In this document: positions 25,745 through 37,598 of the stretch, piece after piece | Layout: each line of letters begins with the position of its first letter | Numbering within the stretch: position 1 is the first letter of the stretch | Source: Podarcis cretensis | Lineage: Eukaryota | Reading direction: 5' to 3' | Length of the DNA: 64,000 bases | Assembly (NCBI GenBank): GCA_951804945.1 | Contig: OX638153.1 | Coordinates: forward strand, 15,562,001 to 15,626,000 | Made by a program: the position numbers and the translations under genes | Notes under the pieces: model-generated | Database searches by the model: none | What the model was told of the DNA's origin: nothing | Seen by the model: the letters and a program-made list of their open reading frames with translations, nothing else

Positions 25745-26962
25745 CTATAGAAGGTGAATCAAGATAAACACTTTCTCAGTCATACTAATTATTGACTAGA
25801 TGACCTAAGGGTTCTTTCCAACTCTACAGTTTTAGGATTTCATTATTCATCCCGGAGCAACACAATGTTTTTCTCTCATATTCATTAGAATACATTGATC
25901 TTGGCAAATCTAGAGATTTTCAAAACCTGGCCCAGTTAAACTCACTGCCTTGGTATTTGGCAAGTCACTGTCATGTGCCAACTAGTAAGGTTTTTGGAAG
26001 ATAGGAGGAGACAATAGCTGCAAGCCTATGCAAACTAATTTAGGGTTAAGTGGGACTTTCTTTTGAGTCAACATGAATAGGATTGCACTAGTTAATGATT
26101 AATGATTTTGGATGAGTGCTATGCTTCAACTCTCAAGAGCCAACCTCTATCCCTCGCGTTCATTTGTGTATAAAACACACACACAAACTGTGATAGACCT
26201 GAGTCCCTCTGTGTCACATAATACACTTATTTGCCTCCTCCTCACCTTCAAGGTGACTCCTGGCACTTATAATAGACTCATTCCCTACATGCAGCTTGCA
26301 AGTGCTTCAGTTAGCCTTTGCCGGTGGATCGCCCCTAGGCTGTTACTCATTTCCGTCCCAAGTTATTTTCTCCTTTTTTTCTGGGCACTTCATGGAGCCC
26401 CAAAGTGACTCTCTGTACACAACTGTGCACGTTGGTGCTTAAATAAATGAATAATAAATACTCACTGCCTTTCATATATTTTCCCTTCTTTAATGAACTT
26501 ACTGCATTTAGAATTTGAGGCACAGCAGGATTCTCTGCCACCCAGGGACAGGGCTCCCTCCACACTGCCCTGACAGCTTGAAATACAGTACCGGTTTTAA
26601 GTTAACAGGAGGTAGGGGAAAAGGCAGGCTGATGCTTGAGTGGTGCAGACTGGGAGCTTAGACGGCAGTCCCCTTCTCATGGGTTGAATAATCTAGATCA
26701 TGGGTACTTCACTCACCCAGATTTAGGCTGGCCAGAGCCACCAGAAGCAACAGTAACAAGGCAAAGGACACACTGCTGGGAGTCTGTCCAACACAGTTAG
26801 TGCTGGGATAGTGGATCCCTCTCCTGCACAATTACTTTAATTCCTCTCATTCACTGTTATTTAAGGCAGGGATGCGGGGACCTTTGGCCCATAAGCCTGA
26901 TTAAGCCCAGCTGGGCCTCAATTTATATTGCAAACCAACCTGTCATCACTGGATGAAGTATA

Positions 26963-27306
26963 AAGGTAAAGGTAAAGGTACCCCTGCCCGTACGGGCCAG
27001 TCTTGACGGACTCTGGGGTTGTGCGCCCATCTCACTTAAGAGGCCAGGGGCCAGCGCTGTCCGGAGACACTTCCGGGTCACGTGGCCAGCGTGACATCGC
27101 TGCTCTGGCGAGCCAGAGCCGCACACGGAAACGCCGTTTACCTTCCCGCTGGTAAGCGGTCCCTATTTATCTACTTGCACCCGGAGGTGCTTTTGAACTG
27201 CTAGGTTGGCAGGCGCTGGGACCGAGCAGCGGGAGCACACCCCGCCGCAGGGATTCGAACCGCCGACCTTTCGATCGGCAAGTCCTAGGCGCTGAGGCTT
27301 TAACCC
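26963..27306 (-). mobile_element. Sauria SINE, young, slightly 5'-truncated
   Basis: TSD ggatgaagtata at 26951-26962 and 27307-27318. Confidence 0.93.
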
Positions 27307-27595
27307 GGATGAAGTATAGAAATTACTAATAGTAATTTGGGTAGTTTCCCCACAAACCATGCCCATCTGCTCCCACACCTGATATCATATACCTACATGG
27401 CTACAAAAGACCAATCAGGAACCAAAGTGAGATCTTGACTGTTTTTTTTCCAAGCGGAACTCGCTGACAGCACCAATCAGCTGCTTGAGGATCCACGATT
27501 GTACGGAGGGTTCTATTTGCGTTCAGGTGAATGCAGACCTCTACTACTATTTAGAACGAATATGCACACACACTATAAACAAAAACTCGACTTAC

Positions 27596-27681
27596 CATAA
27601 AAGAAAGTGAAAGATCAGGCATCCCCGAGAGTTTGATGCAGGCATCAATGACCCCTTGAATTTCTGCAAAGACTGTGGAGC
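27596..27681 (-). CDS. AP3M1: AP3M1 exon, GSTVFAEIQGVIDACIKLSGMPDLSLSFM
   Basis: LSGMPD mu-adaptin signature; AG/GT boundaries; 86 nt. Confidence 0.96.
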
Positions 27682-27783
27682 CTGGCAGCGAGGAAGGAAA
27701 GATCACAGAGCGATCTCTTAAAAGAGGATTATCAGCAGATCACACCTTAAGGAGTCATTTGCACCATGCAAGTGAATAAACTA

Positions 27784-28034
27784 CCGTATTTTTCGCTCTA
27801 TAAGACGCACCAGACGCACATAGTTTTTGGAGGAGGAAAACAAGAAAAAAAATATTCTGAATCTCAGAAGCCCAAACAGCAAGAGGGATCGCTGTGCAGT
27901 GAAAGGAGCAATCCCTCTTGCTGTTCTGGCTTCAGCGATAGCTGCGCAGCCTGCGTTTGCTCCATAAGACGCACACACATTTCTCCTTACTTTTTAGGAG
28001 GGAAAAAGTGAGTCTTATAGAGCAAAAAACACGG
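27784..28034. mobile_element. Tc1/mariner-type MITE (CCGTATTTTT TIR)
   Basis: TA-flanked TIR ccgtatttttcgctctataagac / gtcttatagagcaaaaaacacgg; second copy at 55697. Confidence 0.85.
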
Positions 28035-28447
28035 TAATTTAATGTGCTTCAGGCAGACTTCAGTTCATTGGATATTATTTGCCCTGGGGCTATGTTTTTG
28101 AATTGCCACAACAACTGAAAATGTTTTTTAGCAACTGTGGCATAGCTGCTAGAACAAGCTGTGCCATTTCCAAATCTTGTTCCTCCCATGACCTCATTAA
28201 GCGGTCTTAAGAAAGTAATTCAGTTTCGGCCTTGGCCCCTTATCTACAACATGTGAGTAGTTAATATTGACATTACAACAACCCTGTAAAGTAGGCTTAC
28301 TAAGATATCAAATTTCACTGAGCACTTCGAAATCCAAGCTACGATATAAAAGATATTACTGAAGACTATTTGTGAAGCACTACCCCAGCTCTAACTCTTC
28401 CATTTCACTCTGCCAAGGAGAAGAACACACATTTGAAAGCCTCGTAC

Positions 28448-28585
28448 CAGATTTGTCTATAATGGCATCTATTTCTTCAATCACATCGAAGTAAGCTTCA
28501 TTGTTGGTGTACTTTACTCCTGCTCTTCTCCAGGGAATGTTTGACAGCTGCCCGGTTGGAAGAGTATCACCCACATTGCTGCTGC
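28448..28585 (-). CDS. AP3M1: AP3M1 exon, GSSNVGDTLPTGQLSNIPWRRAGVKYTNNEAYFDVIEEIDAIIDKS
   Basis: ORF 28380-28598; AG/GT boundaries; 138 nt. Confidence 0.96.
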
Positions 28586-28890
28586 CTTGGAAATACAAGA
28601 ATAGCCAAAAGAAACCAGTAAGAAATCAATATCCTAAGAAAACAAAAAAACCTGTCATACACACACACAAAACACCACCTTCCTTACTGAATGACTGGAA
28701 AGTAGGCAACGTAATGCTGATTTTTAACAAGGGACTCAGGAAACTACATGCCAATTAGCTTAACATCTGTCCGAGGTAAACTGGTACAAAGCATACATTA
28801 TCTTTAAAGGCACTGTGCACCAATTTCCCCAACGTGTATATGGACGAATAATCTTTGCAGAAGAATCAACAAGGAAAATCTTGCTTCAGC

Positions 28891-29085
28891 CAGGGCTGGG
28901 CGATATCTGGTTTTCAACATTGCAATATATAACCAGCTAAACATCTTGATGTATCAAGGATGGAGCTATGTAGAGCATTGGCTGGCTTCATGGTGTTTCC
29001 CACTTTGTGATTTTTGCATAGCACGCACATACATCATGATTCATGATATATTGCCAGATCAATATATATATATCGCCCAGCCCTA
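28891..29085. mobile_element. hAT-type MITE
   Basis: TIR AGGGCTGGGCGATAT / ATATCGCCCAGCCCT; 8-bp TSD gcttcagc/gcctcagt. Confidence 0.75.
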
Positions 29086-29472
29086 GCCTCAGTGCCATCT
29101 GGAGTGATTTGAGAGTGTCAACAAGCAAGTGGATAGGCTGATCTGGTAAATACTACATAGTTCTTTGACAGAGCCCCTGCAAAGCAAATGATGATGATGG
29201 ATAAATTTAGCAGTCACGGAATAAGAGGTCTGGCCCTCCTTTGCAGGAGCAGCCAACAGGGCTGATGCAAATCTCATCAGCCCTAGCCAGTTTCTCAAAG
29301 GCGGAGGGCATGTTATCTGATCCTGCTCTCATAGCTCAGGAACTTAAGAAACATTCAAAGGTTTCTCTTCCTGAATTTGCACAAACCAACTTTTTGGGAG
29401 AAGCACAAAGTGGTCAAGCCTTTGATTTCAAGAGCGCTAAGAACTAGTTGGGTTTGGAAGCTGTCGTGGTAC

Positions 29473-29644
29473 CTGTGATGGAGTTGACAACGGAGCGCAG
29501 GATCGTGGGAGGTTTAATCAGCTCTTTCAGGATGTTGGATTCTGTTGCCAGAGGAAAGCCATTGTCCAGCATTTCTTCAAGAAGTTCATAGACAATAACA
29601 ACATTGTCTTTAATTGCAGTCTCTGAGCACTCTCCAAAGTAATC
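29473..29644 (-). CDS. AP3M1: AP3M1 exon, DYFGECSETAIKDNVVIVYELLEEMLDNGFPLATESNILKELIKPPTILRSVVNSIT
   Basis: Manual translation of the - strand; AG/GT boundaries; 172 nt. Confidence 0.96.
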
Positions 29645-29719
29645 CTAAACCAAGTAGAGGATGCAAAGGAGGAAATTTATTCCAGTTAAAAGCTTTTCCT
29701 TCACCTAAAAACCATGTTA

Positions 29720-30075
29720 CAGTGGTGCCCCGCAAGACGAACGCCTCGCAAGACGGAAAACCCGCTAGACGAAAGGGTTTTCCATTTTGGAGGTGCTTCG
29801 CAAAACGAATTTCCCTATGGGCTTGCTTCGCAAGACGAAAATGTCTTGCGAGTTCCTGCGGGGTTTTTCCCCTTCCCCCCCCCTTTTCCTAAGCTGCTAA
29901 GCTGCTTATCAGCTGATCTGCTGATAAGCCACTTAACAGCTGATCGCTAAAAGCCGCTAAACCGCTAATAGCGCTAATCCGCTAAGCTGTCAATGGGCTT
30001 GCTTCGCAAGACGAAAAAACCGCTATACGAAGAGCCTCACGGAACGGATTAATTTCGTCTTGCGAGGCACCACTG
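29720..30075. mobile_element. Tc1/mariner-type MITE with internal cgcaagacgaa subrepeats
   Basis: TA-flanked TIR CAGTGGTGCC.CGCAAGACG / CGTCTTGCGAGGCACCACTG. Confidence 0.88.
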
Positions 30076-30583
30076 TATATTCAGCAACTGCCACAGCCTA
30101 ATGCTCTGCAAGCTTTCTGAACCACACTTAAGATGAACTGCTGAGTGCAGCAAAAGCAAGCAGACCTGATATTTTTTCTCCATTGCAATGCAATGGAGCA
30201 GTCCTTGCCAGAGCTGATGTCCACTTGTTTCCCTGCTCTCCCATGCTCAGATGGGACTGCAAAGAATTTTGACAGGTGGCCAGGGCAACCCACCTGTGAC
30301 ATTAGAGTGGCGCCTATAATTCTTAGGTGAGCTGCCTTTCCCACCTGTCAGAGTCTGCCACCCCTAATATAGACAGATGCTCCTCTTAGCAATAGCCCCT
30401 CTCAACAAAAAAAGCTAACTACCACTTTGTTTTTGTATTTGACTAAAATTATTTCTATTCTAGTTACCCAATTTCACCCACTCTGGGCTAATTCATTACA
30501 TTACTAGTTAATTGTAGAAAACAAAGCATTTCTAAAAGTTAAATGCTTGTTGTATATAAAAGTGGGAGAGGAATCCTCCAGGC

Positions 30584-30706
30584 CAGGCTTCCTCCAGATG
30601 TTTTGAGACTACAATTCCCATTATCCCTGACCACTGGTCCTGCTAGCTAGAGATCATGGGAGTTGTAGGCCAAAAACATCGGGAGGGCCAAGTTTGAGGA
30701 AGCCTG
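30584..30706. mobile_element. Hairpin hAT MITE
   Basis: Perfect 8-bp TSD ctccaggc; TIR CAGGCTTCCTC. Confidence 0.88.
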
Positions 30707-30788
30707 CTCCAGGCAAACAGGCCAGAGTGTGTGACAAGTGTATTTAAACGCAACTGAGCACCCTGTGGAATGCTCACATGGCTAAGAA

Positions 30789-30919
30789 CAGGCATAGGCA
30801 AACTCTGCCCTCCCCATGTTTTGGGACTACAACTCCCATCATCCCTAACTAACCAGTGGTCAGGGATGATGGGAACTGTAGTCCCAAAACATCTGGAGGG
30901 CCGAGTTTGCCTATACCTG
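30789..30919. mobile_element. Hairpin hAT MITE
   Basis: Perfect 8-bp TSD gctaagaa; near-perfect palindrome. Confidence 0.88.
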
Positions 30920-31005
30920 GCTAAGAACTTCCCCAAGGCCTGCAACTCGTAGGAATTAGACCTTCGTTTCCCCTCTGAAACCCTACAATTGCTCCACAGA
31001 CTAAC

Positions 31006-31278
31006 CTGAAAAGTGTCTGCTACACGGTGAAGGAATTCAATGACAAAGAGTGGCGGCACTTCTGTCTGTATGACAGACACAAAAAATATTTTATCCCGAT
31101 AGATGCTGATGAGGTAGTGGTGAGGCGTGGAGATGACAGGAGGCACATTTTCAACATCGGCCGCTCTCTCCTGAGCTTCAAAGAAATAATCACACACAGA
31201 TTGGCTGACAACGCTCTTCCAGTGCTTCTCCAAGAATATATCACCAGAACAGTTTATAAGAAACAGACTGTGGATCAT
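31006..31278 (-). CDS. AP3M1: AP3M1 first coding exon, MIHSLFLINCSGDIFLEKHWKSVV...HRVADTFQ
   Basis: Mu3A N-terminus; acceptor 3 nt upstream of the ATG; 273 nt; all coding exons sum to 1257 nt. Confidence 0.97.
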
Positions 31279-31733
31279 TTTCTGTTGGAGACATATTCAC
31301 ACACATTAATGCAAATAAACAATGATTTTGGGCTGTTGATCTGCTCCCTCCCTCCCTCCCCCCCCCCACAACTTTTGGGGAGCCATATACACTAGAAGAG
31401 GTAGCTCAGGCTACATATAAACATAACTGCTGTGTGCTGTTTGGAAGAGGGTCAGTGGAAGAACCCATCCTTTGAAGCCCAGCCTTTGAAACTCAGAATT
31501 TTCTGCAAGGTAATCCAAGTTAGAAGTCAGGAAAATTTGCCTGCAGAGCTGCATCTGAAACAATTTGCAGACTAGCTAAATACCACTTGGCTGGAGTCAA
31601 CGTATGGAAAGTCCTACGTTAAACTCACCAGAGGTTTTTATTTTACTTTTACGTTTACAAAACACCTAAGTAGTTTCTCATTATAGCAATTTTTACTGGT
31701 TTATGAGAGTCATCTGGGTTCTACTGCCAGCTG

Positions 31734-31813
31734 GAACTGCTAATCGATCGTGGGCTTCTTTCAAGATGGCGCCGAGGTAAGACGCTCTTATCGGAGCTCA
31801 AAGAGAAAACTAA
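31734..31813 (+). mobile_element. 80-bp insertion with 13-bp TSD, resembling a LINE 5' end
   Basis: Direct repeat ctactgccagctg at 31721-31733 and 31814-31826; CpG-rich core caagatggcgccg. Confidence 0.6.
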
Positions 31814-32370
31814 CTACTGCCAGCTGCTTTTAAGCAAAGATAAACAAATCAAGAGTAATGGTAGCAGCCATTTTGAAGTTCCCCATTTATTTCCTAATGC
31901 ATTATTATCTTTAATATGCCACTGTAAAAGGCGTTACTTAAATACTAAAAAGTGTGCTACCTGGTTTAATAAATTTGCTACTACTATCTACACAGCCGGT
32001 TTATGAAAGGTTTTTTCAGGCATTAGTAAAAACCACATGTTTTAAAGCTCCATGACAAGAGATTTTCCAGGAACCTAACAGGACGAAAGGAACACACCAG
32101 TTAGAAAATCTCAGCCTTGGGGAAAGTAGCAAGTCGTATTCTTTGTCTGCTAAGTCGACAAACCCCGTTTTTGCACAGACTTTCATTGATACAGTCTTCA
32201 GTGAAACTTCAATGGAACTTAGCTGGAGGAGGAAATAGTAATAGCTAGCCAGGCATAGCCTTTAGATTTTATTTGTGTATCAAATCAGAATTAGGCTCTG
32301 CAAGTAAATCTTCAAGAGACAACAAATTTCAGTAGCAATAGCAAAAGTTGCAGTTAATACTACTGACTTA

Positions 32371-32733
32371 AAGGTAAAGGTAAAGGTACCCCTGCCCGTA
32401 CGGGCCAGTCTTGACGGACTCTGGGGTTGTGCGCCCATCTCACTTAAGAGGCCAGGGGCCAGCGCTGTCCGGAGACACTTCCGGGTCACGTGGCCAGCGT
32501 GACATCGCTGCTCTGGCGAGCCAGAGCCGCACACGGAAACGCCGTTTACCTTCCCGCTGGTAAGCGGTCCCTATTTATCTACTTGCACCCGGAGGTGCTT
32601 TCGAACTGCTAGGTTGGCAGGCGCTGGGACCGAGCAGCGGGAGCGCACCCCGCCGCAGGAATTCGAACCGCCGACCTTTCGATCGGCAAGCCCTAGGCGC
32701 TGAGGCTTTAACCCACAGCGCCACCTGCGTCCC
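32371..32733 (-). mobile_element. Sauria SINE, young full-length copy
   Basis: TSD actactgactta at 32359-32370 and 32738-32749. Confidence 0.93.
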
Positions 32734-32849
32734 CTTAACTACTGACTTACAGAGCTTCAAAAGAAGGACCAAGGAAGTTCAAGAGGGATAGTTCAGAGAG
32801 TGATGGAGTAGATCTGGGGTGGGGGACCTCTGCCCCTCCAGATGTTATT

Positions 32850-33055
32850 CGACATAAGGAAGAACATTCTGACTGGAAGAGCTGTTTGACAGTGGAACAG
32901 ACTCCCTTGGAAGGTTGTGGATGCTCCTTCCTTGGAGGTTTTTAAGCAGAGGTTGGATAGTTATCTGTCTTGTATGATCTAGTTAAGATCCCTGCATTGC
33001 AGGGGCTTGGACCAGTTGACCCTTGATGTCCCTTCCATCTCCACAGTGCTTTAAT
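32850..33055 (+). mobile_element. CR1 LINE 3' fragment
   Basis: cagtggaacagactccct..gaggtttttaagcagaggttgga..cccttcca pattern. Confidence 0.7.
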
Positions 33056-33140
33056 TCTGTTACTCCAACTCCCTTTAGCACCAGCCAGCAGGGCCAATGG
33101 TCAGTGATTATGGGAACTGCAGTACAACAATATCTGCAAG

Positions 33141-33450
33141 CAGCGTTTGAAATTTTCCAGGCCTGGCTATTGGCCACTTGTGAGCAAATGAAAATGCCTA
33201 TGCACCAGGATGGTATCTGATGTCTCCATCATCTGGAGGTGCATGCCTGGGAATCCTTGGATCTTGACTGTTTTCACACAATAATAACACCATCTGTTAT
33301 ATTATATCTGCACAATCAGAATGAATTTCAGGAACCAAAAAGCTGTAGTGAAAAATACGACTTTTGAGCCATCTGGCCCCAAAATGGCAACTGGGCATTC
33401 TGTTTTGGCAACTGTAACCCTGGTTTAAGGAGCCATTTGGTGCCTAGCTT
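33141..33450 (+). mobile_element. Non-autonomous hAT element, copy 1 (internally deleted)
   Basis: Homologous to 36965-37598 (reverse) and 40210-41144. Confidence 0.7.
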
Positions 33451-35295
33451 TTTGGGGGTTGCTGGGAAACAGAGTTCAACAACATCTGGAGGGCTTGAGG
33501 CAAGTTCTTCAGGGCAAGTCAGTATCATCCCAAAAACATGCCCTACTGTTCTAGGTTGAACAGAAAATTCTACATGATTAATGTCTTTTTAATAGCTATC
33601 AATACATTACACAACCATTAATGTCTTTGGAAGATCTTTGCAATTTGCAACGCAATCACAGAGAGCTTCCTTTTCTGCCAGTAGCACTGATGAAAATGTT
33701 CATGGGCTTTTAAGGATGCTACCAATGAATTTTCAATATTTCACATCTCAGTGATTTTTCTTGCTCCCAAATTGATCTGCCAAAAGCTGGCTAGGTGTCA
33801 TATGGTTATGACTGTCCTTCACTAGGATAGAAACTGAGATATAAAAGCTATTGCCCTGGTTGTACCAATGGAATGTGTAGAGGCCTTTTGTTTGTTTTGA
33901 AAGATTGCAAAGTTGAAAACGAATCTGACTCATGACATAGCATGGCAGCAAAAAAAAATGCTACAACAGGACCACTGCCCCAACTAACCCTTTGAGTCAG
34001 CAGAACTTGCCTTTTCAACTACCGTCCTGAACATTAGTTTATACTGAAAAGGAAATATGATATAATCCAGGATTAATTTAACAACTGTCAACATATTGGA
34101 TGCCTATTTTGCACTCCTTACTAGGATCTGCCCACAGCAGGTGCTCCATTGCTCCTCTCCTAGTTACACTAAAGGCAAAGAAATTCAGCAGACAGCTGTA
34201 TAGAGGTAGTGAAATAATTATGGAAACACCTTCCCAGTGCATTCCAGTGCCAACAGAATGAGCACCTTGTGCTTTAAACACAACACCATCCCCCAAAGCA
34301 GAAGCTACTTTTGACTTCAATTACTATAACCCAGCCTAATAATGAAATATTTCATTGGGTGCTTTGTGCAGCATCCATACAGACAAGAGCACCCTTAATT
34401 CCTAAAAAGAGCTTCAGATGTGGAAGGGAAGGTGTTGACAACACTCTGGATCACCCTCCTTTCTTTCCTATCTCTATAGTCCATCAGCTGTTCTGGTTTG
34501 TCAATTATCCAATAGCACAAACCATTGTTTGCATATCCATTTCAAGCTAGGGTTTCCAGCTCTGGATTGCTAGCCAGCTGCAAACTATAAATTGCCAGTG
34601 GCCGCCACACAAACATGTAATTAAGATTCCTTAACCACTGCCTGGTGTGAAGGCCGGTTTGTGTAACAACAGTTAAGTTTATTTTATGGTACTGCTGGAG
34701 GAGGAAATGTATATGGGTGTTTGTTTGTTTGTTTGTTTTTTGGTCTTTTGCTTTTTACATCTTGCCACGCCTAAAGGACAAACAAGCATCTTCCAAATTA
34801 CAAGGAAACAGCCCAGTTATTTCATTCACCTAGAACTTCAGCCCTCATGTAATTTAAGTTATATTGCTGCCATTAGCTCAACGGTGAACGTGCATGCAAC
34901 CCTCGCGACCAGCTGTATTTCTCACGTCTCATTTCCCCACCCAAAACAAACCCGCAACAGTTGAAAATACCTCCAAATTAGTTCAGCAAAGGATTACAGA
35001 AGTAGCAGCAAGATTTCTAGCATTTCCAGGAATCGCATTTCTTTTTACAAGCAGCCTGGAGAAACATCTGTTAGTTCTCTAACCAGCTGGTACCACCCAA
35101 AGAGTCACCGACAGCGCAAGCCTCAGCATGTCTACTCAGAAGTAAGCCCTATTGCATGCAGCGGGGCTTTCTCCAGGAAAGTAGGGGCGGGGGTCAGGGA
35201 CTGTATCCTAAGCAGCCAGTTCAGTCTTAACCTCCAACTGAAACGTAACTACGCGCAACTAAGTGCCTTTACGCACGAACCTTCCACCAACTCAC

Positions 35296-35400
35296 CCTCC
35301 AAGCGGAAAACTGACTCTAGAGCAGCAGGATCCGGCACAAGCCAAGCCACACAGCAGCAGCGCTGGCAAAAAGATGGCTGCGAAGCCCTCCGATGGGGCC
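35296..35400 (-). other. AP3M1: AP3M1 non-coding exon 1 (5' end approximate)
   Basis: Strong donor GGAGG|gtgagt on - strand at 35296/35295 inside the CpG island; YY1-like GCCATCTT at about 35371-35378. Confidence 0.7.
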
Positions 35401-35922
35401 AGCCCCATCGCTAACCACACCCCGGCAGGGCGCCCTTGCAAACTGCCTGCACTGAAATGCAAGCCGCGGTTGGAAGAGGCCCGGGCGCCTGCCTTCCTGG
35501 AAATGGCCCTGCCATCTCCATTGCGCTTCCTAGTCCAAAAGGAACGATGCATCCTCGCTCCGGAGTTTTGGAGCGCAGCGAACTTCGCTGGGCGCGTTTT
35601 CATCCTTAGCTGCATTTTTTTTGCTAACAATTCACCCAGGCGCAGAACTGGGAGTTGCATTATCGCCGGTCCTACCTGAAAATCTGGGGCCAAGTCTTTC
35701 AGCCTTTTTTATTTTTAAGCCCAGTGCCCGCGCATCCCCTCTGTCGCTGGATCAGGCATTCCGCCCAGCCTACCCTGCGCGCTTTCGTGCGTAAATCTCT
35801 CCCCGCCTCCTCTTGCTCCTCCTCCCCCTGCCGGCTTCCCAGAAAGGAACTGGGTAAATTCGCCTGCAAAATAAATAAATAATAGGAGCTGGGAGCAGCT
35901 TGCAGGCGGCCGCTGGACGAGC

Positions 35923-35984
35923 ATGAAGATGGCAGAAGAGGCGCCCCAAGCCAAGAAGCAAAAGCTGGAGCCCATTCAGCTTAG
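35923..35984 (+). CDS. ADK: Adenosine kinase long-isoform exon 1, MKMAEEAPQAKKQKLEPIQL(S); second in-frame ATG at 35929
   Basis: Resembles mammalian ADK-L N-terminus with basic NLS; AG|gtaaag phase-2 donor matches exon 2. Confidence 0.88.
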
Positions 35985-36964
35985 GTAAAGAGAGAAAAGA
36001 CGGAGGAGAGGGGGATGGGATCGTATCGACCGTAAGTTAGAGAAGCCTGGATCAAACGAGATGCCGATCACGCTCCCACCCAGCCCACCCTCGAGGCGCA
36101 GAGAGTAGTAGGGTGGTGGGAAGCGCCTGGCAAGGTCGGCCAGCGTTGCCTGATGGGCAAGGAAGGGGCATTTCGGTGCCATAAGTCCCATGGATGGCAC
36201 GGGGCCCCGACTGCACCACGAGCGCTTATCCGCTGGCATGGTTTTTAGTGACCTCCTCCTGGAAGCAAAGGTTGGATTTATTTGGCAGGAGTCTGTATTG
36301 CCCTGAGCAGTCTGCCCTGAGCACGGCCCGCATTGCCCTGAAAGCGATCCTTTGCGCTTCAGGGAGCCGAGGGCCATTCTTCCTCTTGCACGCCGGCTAG
36401 GGTGATTTATTTGGATGCCAAAATAGGTTATTCGGGCTGTTTGTTTCCTCCTAACTCTCCCTGCCATTATTCTGGAACGTTTGACGGCGCAATGAAATCA
36501 GGAGGGGAAATGTTCTATTGTTCATACAAGACTAATGGCTGGGAAATCGGAGGCTGCGTTCGTGGTGTGTGCCATTTGATTTGTTTTTTTTTGGTGACAG
36601 TTATGCGGTAGGCGTGTAGGGACTCGCTCGCTCCACGTGGCCTAATCGCGCACGCCTGGATGTCTGCTCTGGTGAATGTCTTGCAGCTGTGACCAAAGAG
36701 GAAGAAGCGTTAGCAAGAGGAGAGCAGGGGAAGTTCAGGCTTGGGAGAGGTTATTTCACAGGGCAGCATCAAGGGTTCGCTCCACAAGTTTCCCCTCCGG
36801 GATATACGGTTTGTGCACGGAATATACTGTAAAGGCACAAAGTGCAAAGTGAAGTTTGGTGGTAATAAACAAGTGTTTGCAAATATGTGTGTTAATCAGA
36901 CAGGGTTGTTAGCATGGGTCCCAACTGCCTGCAGCTTCCTGTAAAATATACATTTGGCAGCAAA

Positions 36965-37598
36965 CAGTGTTAGAAACTCAGATGTATAAGCTAGGCATCT
37001 TATAGCTCCTTAAACCAAGGTTTCAGTTGCCAAAAAAGGAATGCCTAGTTGCCATTTTAAGGCAATCCAGCTCTAAAGTCTTATTTTTCAAATGATGGTC
37101 TGACTGTTTTCAGTTAAACATCTGACTAGTTCAGGTGACAACCCTGATCAAGATTAAGGACTTTGAGAATTTACAGAATAAAAGTCACTTGATCCACAAA
37201 TATATTGGCCTATTCCTACCTCTTTTTCTTAATGGCAACACGGACCATTCATAACGTCATAATATTCTTCACAACTGTGAGCAGAGCAGTGGGGTGGGGT
37301 AAGGGAAGACAAACTACAACAATTAAGTATAACATTTCCTGCTCCTACTCAGGCTGTACAGAAAAAGCAAATTGGTTCCTGAAATTCATTCTGATTGTAC
37401 AGGTAAAATATAACTGCTAGAATTCTACAGTGTGTGGTACTGGTGTGTGAAAACAGTTGAGAACCTATAATCCCCAGGCATGTACCTCCAGATGGTGATG
37501 TCAGGTGCCATCCTGGCCCCAATACATCTTCATTTAGTTGCAAGTGGCCAATAGCCAGGTGCAAAAAGCTCCTGGCGCCTGGCTAATTTCGAACACTG
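36965..37598 (-). mobile_element. Non-autonomous hAT element, copy 2 (both ends intact)
   Basis: TIR CAGTGTT(A/C)GAAA at both ends; 8-bp TSD gcagcaaa/gtagcaaa. Confidence 0.8.

Larger units (their letters stand above)
35150..36700. promoter_or_regulatory. CpG island / bidirectional promoter shared by AP3M1 and ADK (long isoform)
   Basis: CpG-rich; GC boxes; divergent first exons about 0.5 kb apart; head-to-head layout known in mammals. Confidence 0.85.

Noticed and set aside
26923-27126. Repeated ORF MCGSGSPEQRCHAGHVTRK... (also at 32280 and 40449)
   Set aside because: Translation of Sauria SINE sequence, not a gene family.
29720-30075. Spaced short repeats resembling a CRISPR-like array (also 56029-56270)
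   Set aside because: Irregular subterminal repeats inside TA-flanked MITEs in a vertebrate genome.
30643-31005. C-terminal extension of the 211-aa AP3M1 ORF
   Set aside because: Read-through past the donor at 31006 into intronic MITEs.
35263-36467. ORFs of 130-160 aa at the bidirectional promoter
   Set aside because: CpG-island artefacts with no recognisable protein.
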